DNA from: an uncultured Alphaproteobacteria bacterium
GTDB taxonomy: Bacteria > Pseudomonadota > Alphaproteobacteria > Rhodobacterales > Rhodobacteraceae
Assembly: GCA_963698645.1 (NCBI GenBank)
Contig: CAVORP010000001.1
Coordinates: 380,507 to 444,506, forward strand
Length of the DNA stretch: 64,000 nucleotides
Direction of reading: 5' to 3'
Part shown: positions 54,730 through 64,000 of the stretch, piece after piece
How the letters are laid out: each line of letters opens with the position of its first letter
Position numbering within the stretch: the stretch's first letter is position 1
Notes under the pieces: model-generated
The model's input: only the letters and a program-made list of their open reading frames with translations
What the model was told of the DNA's origin: nothing
Databases searched by the model: none
Translations under genes and position numbers: made by a program

Positions 54730-56373
54730 ATGGCACGATACGTATTTATCACCGGCGGCGTGGTGTCTTCGCTTGGAAAGGGCCTTGCCTCGGCGGCTCT
54801 GGGTGCGCTTCTGCAGGCCCGGGGCTATTCGGTACGGCTTCGCAAACTCGACCCCTATCTGAATGTCGATCCCGGCACGATGAGCCCCTTCGAACATGGC
54901 GAGGTCTTCGTGACCGATGACGGCGCGGAAACCGACCTCGATCTCGGCCATTACGAGCGGTTTACGGGCGTCTCGGCACGCAAGACGGATTCGGTCTCGT
55001 CGGGTCGCATTTATTCCACCGTTCTCGAAAAGGAACGTCGCGGCGACTACCTCGGCAAGACCATCCAGGTGATCCCCCACGTCACCAACGAGATCAAGGA
55101 TTTCATCGGCATCGGCGATGACGAGGTCGATTTCATGCTCTGCGAGATCGGCGGCACCGTCGGCGATATCGAGGGTCTCCCCTTCTTCGAGGCGATCCGG
55201 CAGTTCGCGCAGGAACGACCACGCGGCCAGTGTATCTTCATGCACCTCACGCTCCTGCCATGGATCGCGGCCTCGGGCGAACTCAAGACCAAACCCACTC
55301 AGCACTCGGTCAAGGAACTCCGTTCGATCGGTATCGCGCCGGATGTGCTGGTCTGCCGTTCCGAAAAACCGATCCCGGACAAGGAGCGCGAAAAGATCGC
55401 GCTGTTCTGCAACGTCCGCAAGGAAGACGTGATCGCCGCCCCCGATCTGAAATCGATCTACGAAGCCCCGCTGGCCTATCACCGCGAGGGCCTCGATCAG
55501 GCGGTGCTCGACGCGTTCCACATCAGCCCCGCCCCGAAGCCGAACCTCGACCGCTGGGAAGACGTGGCCGACCGCATCTTCAACGCCGAAGGCGAGGTGC
55601 GCGTCGCCATCGTGGGCAAGTACACGCAACTCGAAGACGCCTATAAATCGATCGCCGAGGCGCTGACCCATGGCGGCATGGCCAACCGGGTCAAAGTGCG
55701 CGCCGAATGGATCGACGCCGAGATCTTCGAACGCGAAGACCCCGCGCCCTATCTCGAAGGCTTCCACGCGATCCTCGTCCCCGGCGGGTTCGGCGAGCGC
55801 GGCACCGAGGGCAAGATCAAGGCGGCCGAATTCGCCCGCACCCGCAAGATCCCCTATCTCGGAATCTGCCTCGGCATGCAGATGGCGGTGATCGAAGCGG
55901 CAAGGAACCTTGCCGGCGTCAAGACCGCAGGCTCCGAGGAATTCGACCATGAGGCCGGTCAGAAACGGTTCGAGCCGGTGGTCTATCACCTCAAGGAATG
56001 GGTTCAGGGCAACCACAAGGTCGCGCGCAAGGTCGAGGACGACAAGGGCGGCACCATGCGCCTAGGCGCCTATACCGCGAACCTCGCACCCGGTTCGAAA
56101 GTGGCCGGGATCTATGGCGCGACGGTGATCGAGGAACGGCACCGCCACCGCTATGAAGTGGACATCAAGTACCGCGACAAGCTCGAAAAACACGGGATGT
56201 GTTTCTCCGGCATGTCGCCCGACGGTCGCCTGCCCGAAATCGTCGAAGTCCCGGATCACCCGTGGTTCATCGGGGTCCAGTTCCACCCGGAACTGAAATC
56301 GAAACCCTTCGAACCGCACCCGCTCTTCGCCGACTTCATCCGTGCTGCGGTAGAGGTGGAACGGCTGGTCTAA
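54730..56373 (+). CDS. pyrG: CTP synthase
   Basis: [52 protein letters not shown]. Confidence 0.98.
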   Translation: MARYVFITGGVVSSLGKGLASAALGALLQARGYSVRLRKLDPYLNVDPGTMSPFEHGEVFVTDDGAETDLDLGHYERFTGVSARKTDSVSSGRIYSTVLEKERRGDYLGKTIQVIPHVTNEIKDFIGIGDDEVDFMLCEIGGTVGDIEGLPFFEAIRQFAQERPRGQCIFMHLTLLPWIAASGELKTKPTQHSVKELRSIGIAPDVLVCRSEKPIPDKEREKIALFCNVRKEDVIAAPDLKSIYEAPLAYHREGLDQAVLDAFHISPAPKPNLDRWEDVADRIFNAEGEVRVAIVGKYTQLEDAYKSIAEALTHGGMANRVKVRAEWIDAEIFEREDPAPYLEGFHAILVPGGFGERGTEGKIKAAEFARTRKIPYLGICLGMQMAVIEAARNLAGVKTAGSEEFDHEAGQKRFEPVVYHLKEWVQGNHKVARKVEDDKGGTMRLGAYTANLAPGSKVAGIYGATVIEERHRHRYEVDIKYRDKLEKHGMCFSGMSPDGRLPEIVEVPDHPWFIGVQFHPELKSKPFEPHPLFADFIRAAVEVERLV

Positions 56374-56403
56374 CGCATGCACCTGTGAACGGCCAGCGAC
56401 CCG

Positions 56404-56550
56404 TCCGACCGCTTTTGCGGATAGGTGACCTTGTCCAAATACAGGGCAACGACGGCAAAGCGGACAAACCTGTCGTTCGCTGCGACCGCAAAATTTCCTG
56501 CGGTCTGTCAAGATCACCGGACTGAATGCGGACCAGCAGACATTCGGTCC
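56404..56550. repeat. cluster of degenerate palindromic units, left flank of the AT-rich cassette
   Basis: CGACCGCTTTTGCGGATAGGTGAC, AACGACGGCAAAGCGGACAAACCTGTCGTT, GACCGCA..TGCGGTC, CGGACTGAATG..CATTCGGTCCG. Confidence 0.5.
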
Positions 56551-56819
56551 GGAACCGTGGCAAATTTCAGCTCTCGCAAACCGGGGAACCGCTGCAATCT
56601 CTCTCAAAAACACCCTTGGACATGAGCACTGAGCGCATGAGAACAAGAATACACCGGTTGATACGGACCTTAAGTGTTCAAATACGATGGGGATCAAAAC
56701 ATTCTCGAGGAAAAATTCATGCAACACGCGATTGCGATCTTAACCACGGCGCTCAAAACCCAAGGCAGCGAACTGATTAGAGCCGTCCGCAGCGCTAGCG
56801 AAAGATAAAAGCAAGCAAC

Positions 56820-57635
56820 TCAATGAGCAAGGATTGCGGCGCCCTCGGGAGAGAAGACGAAGTTTATCGAGCCTAGGCTATCGTGACCTTCTCTAAAGTC
56901 CTTTTCGATCGCGTCGAGGCTAATTGGAGTAGATAGATCGGCAAGCGCATAACAGGAGTAACCAAAATCGCTCATATGACGGACGAGAAACAGAAAGTTT
57001 TCGTTTAGAGCATTGTCTTGCCGATGATAGTCCGTCAGCCCGCTCTCAATGATCCAAACGGGCTTCTCTGAATTTTCTAGTATGCCTGTGGCCCCTTTCA
57101 TTACCTCAAGCTCAAACCCTTCTACATCCACCAAAAAGACTGTTCTCCCTGTTACGGTCGCTGGCGGTATGATTTTGTCCAGTCGGCGAACTACGACCTG
57201 ATGGCTTAGGCTCCTTGGGTTTCGGGCCCATCCTTCCACAAGGGATGCACCCGTTCCCACACCGAATAGCTCCGCTTTTCCTTCAACTTCACCACATGCA
57301 AAGGGGAAGATCGTAACGCTCTTTTCGAAATCGTTTCTTTGGAGGTTCCTTTTAAGAAATTCAAGGTTGTCTGGAGAAGGCTCTATGGCCGTTGTAGGCA
57401 GGCCCGCAACTTGCGCGAGGCAAACATAGTAACCAAAATTGGCACCAACATTGACAAATCTGTCAGCTTTGCAAAACAGATTTCTTAAGAACTCTACTTC
57501 CGTCTTCTCAAAATCACCGGACTCCATGTGTTTGGAGCCAAAGAAGTAGAAACCATACGGTGTTCGAACGAATGGCCTCGAGAGAAGCCGTTTAAACCGG
57601 TGCATGCGAAGATAACCGCGTATTGCATCGATCAT
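56820..57635 (-). CDS. FkbM family methyltransferase (AT-rich, probably horizontally acquired)
   Basis: VNVGANFGYY, AIEPSP.N, RLD, VDVEGFELEVMKGA; codon usage unlike the flanks. Confidence 0.88.
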   Translation of the reverse strand: MIDAIRGYLRMHRFKRLLSRPFVRTPYGFYFFGSKHMESGDFEKTEVEFLRNLFCKADRFVNVGANFGYYVCLAQVAGLPTTAIEPSPDNLEFLKRNLQRNDFEKSVTIFPFACGEVEGKAELFGVGTGASLVEGWARNPRSLSHQVVVRRLDKIIPPATVTGRTVFLVDVEGFELEVMKGATGILENSEKPVWIIESGLTDYHRQDNALNENFLFLVRHMSDFGYSCYALADLSTPISLDAIEKDFREGHDSLGSINFVFSPEGAAILAH

Positions 57636-58037
57636 ATTATGAACAACCTCAAAGAGTTCAATTCAGAAAAGACAAGTAAAAGTTGAACATTAATGATTGT
57701 GCGGTCTTTGAAACGGGAACCTCGATCGATTGGCGTCACATACAAGCGATTGGAAATTCGAACTACGAGGAAGTTACATCGACTTCGATCTGTATTCAAT
57801 CGAAAGTCGGCTCTTCAATTCGTGCAGAATCGGACCAGGTTGAAACTATCAGGTAGATTGATCTTCCGTCAAAGCATGATGATTTTGGCAACTCCAGACC
57901 GACCGTGCCTATGAGCCATCTAAAGGTCTGCAAGGCTTAGCTCGACTTCAGGCGACAAGAAGTGCACCCGGAAAAGCTTCCATCGCCAGCCCCAGAAAGG
58001 GCGGTCCAGTCTTCTTGCAGTAAGAGCCCATTTGGAG

Positions 58038-58143
58038 CGCTGCAATGCAGATTTTCTCCTTCGCTTTGTCGTTCGCTTCGGGCTCAAAGCCGCCATCTGT
58101 ATCTTTTCGTCGGATGTCCGCCGAGCCGATCAAAGCTGACACC
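58038..58143. repeat. cluster of degenerate palindromic units, right flank of the AT-rich cassette
   Basis: CGCTGCAATGCAGATTTT, CGTTCGCTTCGGGCTCAAAGCCGCCAT, TGTCCGCCGAGCCGATCAAAGCTGACA. Confidence 0.5.
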
Positions 58144-58179
58144 CTGCGGCCGTCGATCAATGGATCCTGACCCCAGGCC

Positions 58180-59064
58180 CTAGACCCCCGCGAAAGACGC
58201 CCGCAAATGATCGGCGGCGGCCCGCACCGGCTGTGTCGGATCCGCGCCTAGATACAGACCCAGCGCATAGTGCGGCAGATCGGGCAAACCGCTCTCCGGC
58301 TTCGCCGCCACGATCTGATCGGTCATCGCTGAAATCGGGATCGGCGCAACCGCCAGATCCGCAAGGATCGCCGCCCGCTGGCCCGAGATATGCGCGCTTT
58401 CGAACGCGATCCGATAGGGTATCCCGCGCGCTTCCAGCCCCGCGAGACCCGCCTCGCGCCAGACACAGCCCTCCTCCCAGACCGAAATCGGAAGCGGCTT
58501 GCGTTCCGCCGCCACCCCGCCCTTAACGTCGCCCAGACAAGCGCCTCCCGCATAAGAAGTTCCGTATCTTCCGTCCCCTGAAAGCCGGCAGCCCGGGTCA
58601 CGATCGTCAGGTCCAACTGCTTGCGATCAACCATCTTCATCATGGCTTCGGTCGAATTCGACGACGACGGTCACCGAAACACCCGGATGGGTCTCGTCGA
58701 ACCGCCGCAGCATCCCCGGCAGAAAACGCTCGGCCACATCATCGGGCGCACCCATCCGCACCTCGCCGGCAAGGTCCGGCTCCACGAACCGGGCCACCAT
58801 CTCGCGGTTGAGCGCCAGAAGACGGCGCGCATGTTCCAGAAGCACCGCGCCATCCGCGGTCAGTTCCACCGACCTGCTGTCGCGCACGAATACCGGCCGG
58901 CCCAGCAATTCCTCGATCCGCTTCACCTGCATCGAAATAGCCGAAGGCGTCCGCAGAACCGCCGCCGCAGCACTCGAGAAATTGCCGGTCTCGACAATCG
59001 CCACAAGCGTTCTCAGAAGATCGAGTTCGAAAAGCGGTATTTGCGGGGCTCTGGGGGCGTTCAT
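58180..59064 (-). CDS. LysR family transcriptional regulator (frameshifts near 58523 and 58657)
   Basis: LDLLRTLVAIVETGNFSSAA..VLRTPSAISMQVKRIE, LTADG, VRMGAPDD. Confidence 0.9.
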
Positions 59065-59073
59065 CGGCTTACC

Positions 59074-59088
59074 TTCAATTTTTCTGAA
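59074..59088. promoter_or_regulatory. putative LysR recognition site
   Basis: TTCA-N7-TGAA palindrome in the AT-rich gap between divergent lysR and DUF1127 genes. Confidence 0.55.
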
Positions 59089-59182
59089 GATAACATTCTT
59101 CCTATTCGTTTGATTGAAGCATATCCCCGCGTCCATTGTCCAGTCATCAGCCCTCGGGGCACCCACCGAAAAGGACAGGACA

Positions 59183-59439
59183 ATGACGACCTCATCCCAC
59201 CGGCCGCAGCGCACCATTTCTTACCAGGCTCGTCGCCAGAGTTCAGTGCATCCGCCGAACAGGCCCGCCTGCGCCGCATCGAACAGAAAGGCCTGCGCGA
59301 GATGCTCGCGCTTGATGACGATCTGCTCCGCGATATCGGCGTCACCCGCGGCGACGTCGCCTACACGGCCAACCTTCCCGGTTCCCGGGATCGTGCGGCG
59401 GAACTGCGCAAGCTGTCGAAGCGTGGCGACCGCTGGTAG
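59183..59439 (+). CDS. DUF1127 small protein (apparently two extra bases near 59198 and 59255)
   Basis: LALDDDLLRDIGVTRGDV motif; AAAGGA RBS before the ATG at 59183. Confidence 0.78.
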
Positions 59440-59485
59440 GGAAAGGGGCCGCGAGACGCGGCAAATCGCGCAGCGGCCCCTTTCC
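59440..59485 (+). terminator. stem-loop or terminator after the DUF1127 gene
   Basis: GGAAAGGGGCCGC...GCGGCCCCTTTCC 13-bp stem. Confidence 0.7.
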
Positions 59486-59516
59486 GACAGGGGTCTTCCG
59501 CAATATATGACCTCTC

Positions 59517-59960
59517 ATGTTTGCAGATTTCCTGAACCGCCTGACCCGACCCGACCCCGAACCGCTGGCCGATGGCGACGCACGTCTGGCGCTCGCCGCA
59601 CTTCTGGTGCGCATCGCCCGATCCGACGGTGACTATGCCGCTGCAGAGGTACACCGGATCGATCGCATCATCTCGTCCCGCTATGGCCTTTCGCCTTTCG
59701 AGGCGACGGCCCTGCGCCGCGACGCCGAGACGCTCGAGGGCGAGGCCCCCGATACCGTTCGCTTCACCCGCGCGATCAAGGACGCCGTCCCCTATGAGGA
59801 CCGCGAAGGCGTGGTCGAGGCTCTTTGGGATATCGTCCTCGCCGACGGGGTCCGCGACCACGAGGAAGATGCCCTGCTGCGTCTCGTTTCGAACCTTTTG
59901 GGCGTGAACGACCGCGATTCAAACCTTGCCCGAATGCGCGTCGAAGCCAGGCGGATCTGA
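59517..59960 (+). CDS. TerB family protein
   Basis: ALLVRIARSDG, FTRAIK, LWDIVLADG.RD.EE. Confidence 0.88.
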   Translation: MFADFLNRLTRPDPEPLADGDARLALAALLVRIARSDGDYAAAEVHRIDRIISSRYGLSPFEATALRRDAETLEGEAPDTVRFTRAIKDAVPYEDREGVVEALWDIVLADGVRDHEEDALLRLVSNLLGVNDRDSNLARMRVEARRI

Positions 59961-60100
59961 CCGGCTATCGCCGCGAAATCCGCACAACATCCCGTGCATT
60001 TCCCTGTTTCCGCTACGGAACTCGCGGATTTTGCGTTGCATTTCGGGCATTTCCGCGCCTTACTGCTTCCCCGAACGACCCTTCGGGAGACTTGTCAAAC

Positions 60101-60877
60101 GTGTCAGCATCGACACCTGTTATCGAGATTCGGGATCTCCACAAAAGCTACGGCGCTTTGGAGGTTCTCAAGGGTGTCGACCTGGTCGCAGAGCGCGGCC
60201 ATGTGGTCTCGCTGATCGGCTCCTCCGGCTCGGGCAAATCCACGCTCCTGCGCTGCGCAAACCTTCTCGAGGATAGCCAGCAGGGCGAGATCCTGTTCGA
60301 AGGCGAACCGATTGCCTGGCGCGGGACCGGGCTGCACCGTCACCCGGCCAACAAGGCGCAAGTCACCCGCATCCGTACCAACCTGTCGATGGTGTTCCAG
60401 CAGTTCAACCTCTGGGCCCACATGACGATCCTCGAAAATGTCATGGAAGCGCCGGTCACGGTGCTGGGCCGCGACAGGGCACAGGTCGAAGAGGCCGCGC
60501 GCGGCTATCTCGAAAAGGTCGGGATCGGCGACAAGTGCGATGTCTACCCGGCCATGCTTTCCGGCGGCCAGCAGCAGCGCGCCGCGATTGCCCGGGCACT
60601 TTGCATGGAGCCGCGGGCGCTTCTGTTCGACGAGCCCACATCGGCGCTCGACCCCGAACTGGAACAAGAGGTCGTTCGCGTGATAAAGGATCTGGCCCGC
60701 GAAGGGCGGACGATGATCATCGTTACCCACGACATGCGATTGGCGGCGGATGTCAGCGAACACGTCGTCTTTCTCCATCTGGGAAAGGTCGAAGAGGAAG
60801 GTCACCCGGACCAGCTCTTCGGCAATCCCCAAACCGACAGGCTCAGGCAGTTTCTGAGCGCGACCGCCCCGGCCTGA
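60101..60877 (+). CDS. polar amino-acid ABC transporter ATP-binding protein
   Basis: GSSGSGKST, LSGGQQQR, LLFDEPTSALDPE, VTHD. Confidence 0.94.
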   Translation: MSASTPVIEIRDLHKSYGALEVLKGVDLVAERGHVVSLIGSSGSGKSTLLRCANLLEDSQQGEILFEGEPIAWRGTGLHRHPANKAQVTRIRTNLSMVFQQFNLWAHMTILENVMEAPVTVLGRDRAQVEEAARGYLEKVGIGDKCDVYPAMLSGGQQQRAAIARALCMEPRALLFDEPTSALDPELEQEVVRVIKDLAREGRTMIIVTHDMRLAADVSEHVVFLHLGKVEEEGHPDQLFGNPQTDRLRQFLSATAPA

Positions 60878-60906
60878 CACTACGAAGCGTTCTAAGGGAG
60901 CAACAA

Positions 60907-61629
60907 ATGAAAACACTGATCCTAACGACTGCCGCCCTGGCATTCTCCGCCGGGGTTGCCATGGCTGGTAGCCATTCGGTGGTTCGCATGGGCACCGAGG
61001 GCGCCTACCCGCCGTGGAACTTCATCAACGATTCCGGCGAAGTGGACGGGTTCGAGCGCGAGTTGGGCGACGAGCTTTGCGCCCGGGCCGAACTGACCTG
61101 CGAATGGGTCACGAACGAGTGGGATTCGATCATCCCCAACCTCGTGTCCAGCAACTACGACGTCATCATCGCGGGCATGTCGATCACCGACGAGCGGGAT
61201 GAGGTCATCGACTTCACCCAGGCCTACACGCCCCCCGATCCGTCGCTCTACCTCGCCGCATCGGATGACGTCGATCTCGAAGGCGGCGTGATCGCGGCCC
61301 AGACCGGCACGATCCAGGCGGGATATGTTGCCGAATCCGGCGCGACCCTCGTGGAATTCGCGACCCCGGACGAAACCATCGCCGCCGTCCGCAATGGCGA
61401 GGCTGATGCGGTTCTGGCCGACAGTTCCTTCATCATGGAAATCTCGAAGTCTAACCCCGAATTGGTTATCGTGGGCGACCCGGTCGCACTCGGCGGCGGT
61501 GTCGGCATGGGTGTGCGCGAATCCGATGGCGAACTGCTGGCAAAGTTCGACGCGGCGATCCAGTCCATGAAGGACGACGGCTCGCTGAACGAACTTATCG
61601 CCAAATGGGAAGTCAGCAGCCAGTGGTAA
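60907..61629 (+). CDS. polar amino-acid ABC transporter substrate-binding protein
   Basis: Signal peptide; GTEGAYPPWN, WDSIIPNL, AGMSITDER. Confidence 0.93.
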   Translation: MKTLILTTAALAFSAGVAMAGSHSVVRMGTEGAYPPWNFINDSGEVDGFERELGDELCARAELTCEWVTNEWDSIIPNLVSSNYDVIIAGMSITDERDEVIDFTQAYTPPDPSLYLAASDDVDLEGGVIAAQTGTIQAGYVAESGATLVEFATPDETIAAVRNGEADAVLADSSFIMEISKSNPELVIVGDPVALGGGVGMGVRESDGELLAKFDAAIQSMKDDGSLNELIAKWEVSSQW

Positions 61630-61644
61630 GTCGCTAGAAGACCT

Positions 61645-61676
61645 TGAAGCGGGCGGACCGATCTCCGCCCGTTTCA
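61645..61676 (+). other. intercistronic stem-loop after the substrate-binding protein gene
   Basis: TGAAGCGGGCGGA-loop-TCCGCCCGTTTCA. Confidence 0.65.
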
Positions 61677-61794
61677 CGCGCCGGAGGGGTGGCGCATCGA
61701 AGAACGGGGATACAAGATCTTTTCCTTTTGTACCGATCCGACGACGCTCGAAACAGCACAGTGGTTTGCCTGCTATCTGACCAATGGCAAGCAT

Positions 61795-62598
61795 ATGTTG
61801 TTCTATGCCTCGTTCGTGACGGTTCTGGTGCTTCTGCTGATAACCGCACCGATCGCCCTTCTGTTCGGGTTCGGTGGCGCGATCGCCTCCCGCTCGCGCA
61901 TCCTGCCGCTGCGGTGGTTCGGCAAGATCTATACCTCTGTCGTCCGCGGCGTGCCCGACATCGCCTTCTTCCTGTTCTTCGTGATCGCACTCGATCAGGC
62001 CTTCGAATGGCTCAGGCACAAGGTGAAATGCCCCGACTGGAACATGCCGATCCGCCAGGGGTCCGATTTCGTCGTCTGTGACGCGGCCAAGCTGCCGCTG
62101 TCGAACAGCCCGCAATGGATGCATGAAACCTACGGGTTCCTCCTGGCGGTTCTGACCTTTTCCATCGTCTTCGGGGCCTTCGCCTCGAACGTGCTCTACG
62201 GTGCCATGCAGGCGGTCCCCCGCGCCCAGATGGAAACGGCCGAAGCTTACGGCATGAACCCCCGACAGTCGTTCTGGCGCATCCTCGTACCGCAGATGTG
62301 GGTCTATGCCCTGCCCGGCCTGTCGAACCTCTGGATGATCCTGATCAAGGCAACGCCGCTTCTGTTCCTTCTGGGAGTCGAGGATATCGTCTATTGGGCA
62401 CGCGAGCTTGGCGGCTCGAAATCCGGGGTGTTCGACTACCCCCACCCGGACTGGCGGCTGTGGTATTTCGTGGGGCTTCTGTTCTTCTATCTCGGGCTGA
62501 CCCGGATCTCCGAGATTGTACTGGGCCGGCTCACGACGCGCCTCTCTCACGGGCAGGCAACCGTCGCCGGCGAAGCCCAAAGGCGGGCCGCCGCATGA
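61795..62598 (+). CDS. polar amino-acid ABC permease (true start may be 61717)
   Basis: YTSVVRGVPD, VPRAQMETAEAYGM EAA loop, LIKATPL. Confidence 0.9.
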   Translation: MLFYASFVTVLVLLLITAPIALLFGFGGAIASRSRILPLRWFGKIYTSVVRGVPDIAFFLFFVIALDQAFEWLRHKVKCPDWNMPIRQGSDFVVCDAAKLPLSNSPQWMHETYGFLLAVLTFSIVFGAFASNVLYGAMQAVPRAQMETAEAYGMNPRQSFWRILVPQMWVYALPGLSNLWMILIKATPLLFLLGVEDIVYWARELGGSKSGVFDYPHPDWRLWYFVGLLFFYLGLTRISEIVLGRLTTRLSHGQATVAGEAQRRAAA

Positions 62599-63422
62599 GT
62601 TGCGCCCAGACGATACAGGACTATGCGCTTCGCTCGATCGGAATTGGCGAACGGCTCCTGCCGCGCTCCGACTTCACGCTTTGCGAGCATTTCGTCCTGA
62701 TCGGCTCCGGCATGATCTGGAATATCTACTTCGGCGCGATGGCCCTGTTCTTCGGCTTCTTCCTCGCAACCGCCGTCGCGCTGGGCAAGGCATCCTCAAA
62801 CCCCTGGATCCGAAAGCCCGCCGAGTGGTTCGTCTTCCTGTTCCGCGGGTCGCCACTGTTCATCCAGTTCTTCCTCGCATACGAGGCTTTCGTCCTGCTG
62901 CCCAAGGCCGGGATCGAGATCTTCGGCCTCACCGCCGAAACCCGCTGGCTCACGCGTGCATGGGCCGGTGCGCTGATCGTCCTGTTCCTGAACACGGCCG
63001 CCTATTCCGGCGAAATCTTCTATGGCGCCCTGCGCTCCGTTCCCAAGGGCGACATCGAGGCCGCGGACGCCTACGGGCTGACCGGCTGGAACCGCTTCCG
63101 CCGGATCACATGGCCCACGATGATGCGGCTCGCATGGCCGAGCTACACGAACGAGGCCATCTTTCTGTTCCACGCCACCGCCCTCGTGTTCTTTTCCAGC
63201 TTCCCGGCGTGGCAACAGCGTGGAGATGCGCTTTACTATGCGAATTATTTCGCAGACAAGACGTTCAATCCCTTCGTGGCCTATCCAATCGTTGCGGGAT
63301 ATTTCATCTTGTTGACGCTCTGCGTCATCACGATCTTCGGCCTCATCAACAAGAGGCTGAATCGGCACTTGCCGCAGGAACGGCGCGCAACGATGCGGAT
63401 CAGGCCTCAGTTCATTCGGTGA
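62595..63422 (+). CDS. polar amino-acid ABC permease
   Basis: FRGSPLFIQFF, LNTAAYSGEI, VPKGDIEAADAYGL; ATGA overlap. Confidence 0.92.
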   Translation: MSCAQTIQDYALRSIGIGERLLPRSDFTLCEHFVLIGSGMIWNIYFGAMALFFGFFLATAVALGKASSNPWIRKPAEWFVFLFRGSPLFIQFFLAYEAFVLLPKAGIEIFGLTAETRWLTRAWAGALIVLFLNTAAYSGEIFYGALRSVPKGDIEAADAYGLTGWNRFRRITWPTMMRLAWPSYTNEAIFLFHATALVFFSSFPAWQQRGDALYYANYFADKTFNPFVAYPIVAGYFILLTLCVITIFGLINKRLNRHLPQERRATMRIRPQFIR

Positions 63423-63425
63423 CCT

Positions 63426-64000
63426 ATGGAAAACTGGCTGCGCGAGCATCCTGAGATCAAGACAATCCGCGCCGCCGTGGCCGACCTCAACGGTCAGGCC
63501 CGCGGCAAACGGCTCCCTGTCCGGTACGTGCAGCGGGCGCTCGAAGACGGCGTGCGCATGCCGCTCTCCGTTCTGAACGTCGACATCTGGGGCGACGATA
63601 TCGAAAACAGCCCGCTGGTCTTCGAAACCGGTGACCGCGACGGTATCGCGCGGCCGACCGAACGCGGCTTCGTCCCGATGCCGTGGCTCCCGAACCCCAC
63701 CGCGCTTCTTCCGCTCTGGATGTTCACAGAAACCGGTGCCCCCTTTCCCGGCGACCCACGCCACGCGCTCGACGCGGTCGTGAAACGCTATGCCGAAAAG
63801 GGATGGACCCCGATCACCGCGACCGAGATGGAATTCTTCCTGATCGACGATACCACCGACACGCTGCAACCACCGCCCTCGCCGCGCTCCGGCAAACGCC
63901 GCCTCGGAGGCGAGATCCTTTCGATCCGCGCCCTCGATGCCTTCGACCAGTTCTTTACCGAGCTTTATGACGCCTGCGAAGAGATGGACATTCCCGCCGA
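63426..64000 (+). CDS. glutamine synthetase family protein (PuuA-like gamma-glutamylamine synthetase), truncated by window end
   Basis: Read directly: MENWLREHPEIKTIRAAVADLNGQARGKR...GDRDG...GDPRHAL...ATEMEFFLID. Confidence 0.88.
   Translation, partial: MENWLREHPEIKTIRAAVADLNGQARGKRLPVRYVQRALEDGVRMPLSVLNVDIWGDDIENSPLVFETGDRDGIARPTERGFVPMPWLPNPTALLPLWMFTETGAPFPGDPRHALDAVVKRYAEKGWTPITATEMEFFLIDDTTDTLQPPPSPRSGKRRLGGEILSIRALDAFDQFFTELYDACEEMDIPA

Noticed and set aside
56400-56550. CRISPR array or classical integron attC site
   Set aside because: The units are too degenerate and few, with no cas or intI gene and no clear RYYYAAC/GTTRRRY core pair
57693-58183. Short ORFs 57693..57914, 57948..58160 and 57962..58183
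   Set aside because: No RBS or motif support; the latter two overlap the palindromic repeats and are probably spurious
59440-59516. Cuckoo/CcsR-type sRNA after the DUF1127 gene
   Set aside because: No CCTCCTCCC loop motifs; only a single hairpin is present

Overview
High-GC alphaproteobacterial chromosome segment whose gene content and order fit Rhodobacteraceae (Roseobacter group). It is mostly core genome: ilvC, glmM, a PPDK-like gene, glyQ/glyS, trkH, folE2, metZ with a SAM-II riboswitch, ftsY, xseA, purD, degP-hflCK, gor, rpiA, sdaA, ggt, nadD, dacB, thiN, purA, secG, pyrG and a polar amino-acid ABC/glutamine-synthetase-family cluster. About 17 genes, including essential ones, are broken, nearly all by single extra bases, which points to read/assembly errors rather than pseudogenes. 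No rRNA, tRNA, CRISPR or transposase was seen. Best leads: (1) a PPDK homologue with a degenerate ATP-grasp site but intact phospho-His and PEP domains; (2) a candidate CTP-sensing start-site/hairpin leader on pyrG; (3) an AT-rich FkbM cassette flanked on both sides by paired degenerate palindromic repeats; (4) a peptidoglycan-binding trypsin-fold protein lacking the whole catalytic triad; (5) a large acidic, disordered scaffold-like protein. All family calls come from motif recognition by eye, not database searches.
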